Assembly: GCA_050084985.1 (NCBI GenBank) | Contig: JBITNC010000002.1 | Location: 37,138,001-37,202,000 of the forward strand | Source of the DNA: Nageia nagi | Lineage: Eukaryota; Plantae; Pinophyta | Reading direction: 5' to 3' | Length of the DNA: 64,000 bases | In this document: positions 61,650 through 64,000 of the stretch, one piece after another | Layout of the letters: each line of letters begins with the position of its first letter | How positions within the stretch are numbered: position 1 is the stretch's first letter | Position numbers and translations under genes: made by a program | Notes under the pieces: generated by a model | Seen by the model: the letters and a program-made list of their open reading frames with translations, nothing else | What the model was told of the DNA's origin: nothing | The model's database searches: none

Positions 61650-64000
61650 ATTGAGTCTTCCTATTGCTCCTTTTATTTATTGATCTTTCTATTGATTGTT
61701 TTCCTTCAGCCACGTTATAGGTGAAATCTTCCTTCAATCCTTATATTTCAAAAGTGAACACTCGTAAGTTGGTTTCGATGGATATTTACCAATAGTACAC
61801 TCTAGTCACATGGACATTTTCCTTTTCACCTTTCAAGCCCAAGTTGGCCTTATATGCAAAACACTTCCTCTAAATAATCGATGACACCATCTATTGCCCG
61901 TCACCTCTAGTATCATTGGTCACACAACTTGAGGATCCCTTTAGGATAGATGAGAGGACATTCCCACTAGCTTTGTATCAAGTTTGATCACCACATCTCA
62001 TGGGAGGAATGCATTTTTCATCTTTAGTACATCGATGAAACAAAGTTTCAGGACCACTTTATCTTCTGATGCCCCATTTACTACAAGATTCGAGTAAGAT
62101 TCTATTGTCTATTTAGAGACTTCAACAATTGTCTCTTCACCTTTTTCAAGTACCTTGATTAGCAATGTTTGCCTTGTTTATTGAAGAAGCTATCTTGCTT
62201 AGGTGCAAATCTACACAAGAGACCCCCACCACTACTAGGTTGATCAATTCATTCTTTCAGTCCATCACTCCTAATGGGGGGTCAAGCACCCTCAAGACTT
62301 TTCTAGCTCTCACTCCAACAATAACATGCCAATCAATTGACGTTGGGGTTGGTGTAAGTTCCTCAGGGGCAGTGGTTGGGGCACAGGAGTGTGAAGTTAG
62401 TGGAACTTCCTTGGGAGTATGAGGGTGGTTCTGTGGGAGTTTCCTTTGGCCTATGTGTTGTGGTTAGAGTTCTCAATATCTGAGTTTGTCAATGCTTCAA
62501 TGAATTTCTAATGTCAAGTATTGCTTATGTTATGCCTTATTTTTTTCCTTTTGGGTGGATTAAATGACTTAGCTCTTTGCAAATATCTCAATTGCCTTAT
62601 TTGTTGAAATTGATTAGCTTTTCATGTGTTTCCTTGAGGTGGTTCTCTGGATTTATCAAGATATTCGATGCTTGAATGTCCATTGATTTGACATATTATG
62701 CATTTTGGGATTAGGTGTTCATATTTGATTTTCTGCTCCCAAAATTCAATTGAGGATCTTAAGGTGATTTTCTTTAGGAGGTTCTTGGTGAGGGGTGAAA
62801 GCAAGAAGTTGAGTCCACTTAAAGGGGAATTGGGAGAAAATTAACGAAGTTAAAATTCAATGTTGGAAAAATCAGGATTTCGATTTAGGTTCAAGATCCC
62901 ATTAAATATCGAGATCTCGATATTTAAAACTAAAATACATACATTTATCGGGATCATGATCCCTATATTTGAATCTCTAATATCACCTTGGATTTAGGCT
63001 TGGTGAGCCAACACTTAGCCTTGGATCTGCAAGTATATGTTCATGGTAATGTTAATGGAAAATCTCGACTACAGGCATATGTTTGATGGAGTTTTTGGTA
63101 GAATTTTTTCATGAAATTAAAACCCATTATAGATTAAAGAGTTTAGATTTCAAATATGTGATTTTTTTTATAATTGGATAAGATTTTATATTTTTCAATT
63201 ATTTTTTAGTAAAAGTTGTCCATATACTTGAAATATGAGGGTCTCATATTTTCTTAATAAGTTTTTTTTTGGAGTTATGAAAAAAAAATTATATAGGGAC
63301 AAGCTTCACAGAATTCCCTATAAAAATAGAAAACAATTGAAAAAAGATTAAGTTTAGATCAAATTATGCAGGATGGACACGAGCACTTTTTGAAACTACA
63401 AACATGTTTGGTACAAAATTAATAAAAAAAATTGATAAAAAAATTATGGAAAATATCTAGGACAAGCTCTAATAACTTTGGTATCTTTACCTAAAAGGAT
63501 TTTAAAAAATACCTTGATTTTAGTCAAATTATGCGGGACAGACATGTGCATGGTATAGTCCAAAAATGGTTTTTTTTTTAAAGTGGTTTTTGTTCATCCT
63601 ATCGAATTTTAAACTCTATGATCTGGGTATTGGAATAAATTATATATTTGAAAATAGACTCTGAGCACTACATTTTCACCCCAGTGACCTTTTTCATGAT
63701 TTCATGTCTAAGTGCTTCAAATTTTGATATCAACCATACCCAAAACTTGAAAATCAAGGAAAACACTTCCACTTTTTGGCCTTAAAGTGGACCCAACTTC
63801 TTGCACCCACCCTGAGATCTATGCTGATGCAAAAATGAGTAGCTAAGAATATGGATATATTTGCAATCATGGAGACCATCATAATTAATGTGTCGATGGA
63901 TTTTATGCTACTAATGATGATGTTGGGATTCTAAAATTATAATGTTAGTTTCAAAATTTGAACCCAAATAGGTATCATACACTTTCGTTATCCTAATGAA
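61650..64000 (-). mobile_element. Degenerate LINE ORF1 relic, interrupted by a TIR element
   Basis: IPIWVQILKL...FCISIDL|TKNLLKKITL...WEQKIKYEHLIPKCIICQINGH (DUF4283/zinc-knuckle-like); the frame rejoins across the insertion. Confidence 0.8.
62793..63812. mobile_element. Non-autonomous TIR DNA transposon (MITE-like), 1020 bp
   Basis: 33-bp TIRs match at 28/33 (GGGTG...GCAAGAAGTTG(A/G)GTCCACTT). Flanked by TGAG on both sides. Removing it restores the LINE ORF1 frame. Confidence 0.85.

Overview
AT-rich eukaryotic plant DNA, most likely from a gymnosperm, judged by the style of the retroelement and PPR fragments (inference). About two thirds of the window is old, nested transposon debris with heavy C>T/G>A decay. 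Transposons: three Ty1/copia elements (one SIRE-like with a 1.8-kb LTR, two full-length but pseudogenised), a chromodomain-bearing Ty3/gypsy relic split by a 4.2-kb solo LTR that itself holds a copia, three LINE relics, a tRNA-type SINE with TSD, a 1-kb TIR element inside a LINE ORF1, and a decayed 7.1-kb CACTA-like element carrying PPR-gene fragments. Two host genes can be built: a small methyl-CpG-binding-domain (MBD) gene on the minus strand (9264-11125), and a 7-exon EMC7 homolog on the plus strand (49455-60199) with a U12-type intron and two apparent 1-nt frameshifts. The MBD gene lies in a local tandem duplication whose second copy lacks exactly the gene body, has an inverted junction segment and has gained a SINE. 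No CRISPR array, rRNA or intact tRNA gene was seen. All alignments were made by eye.
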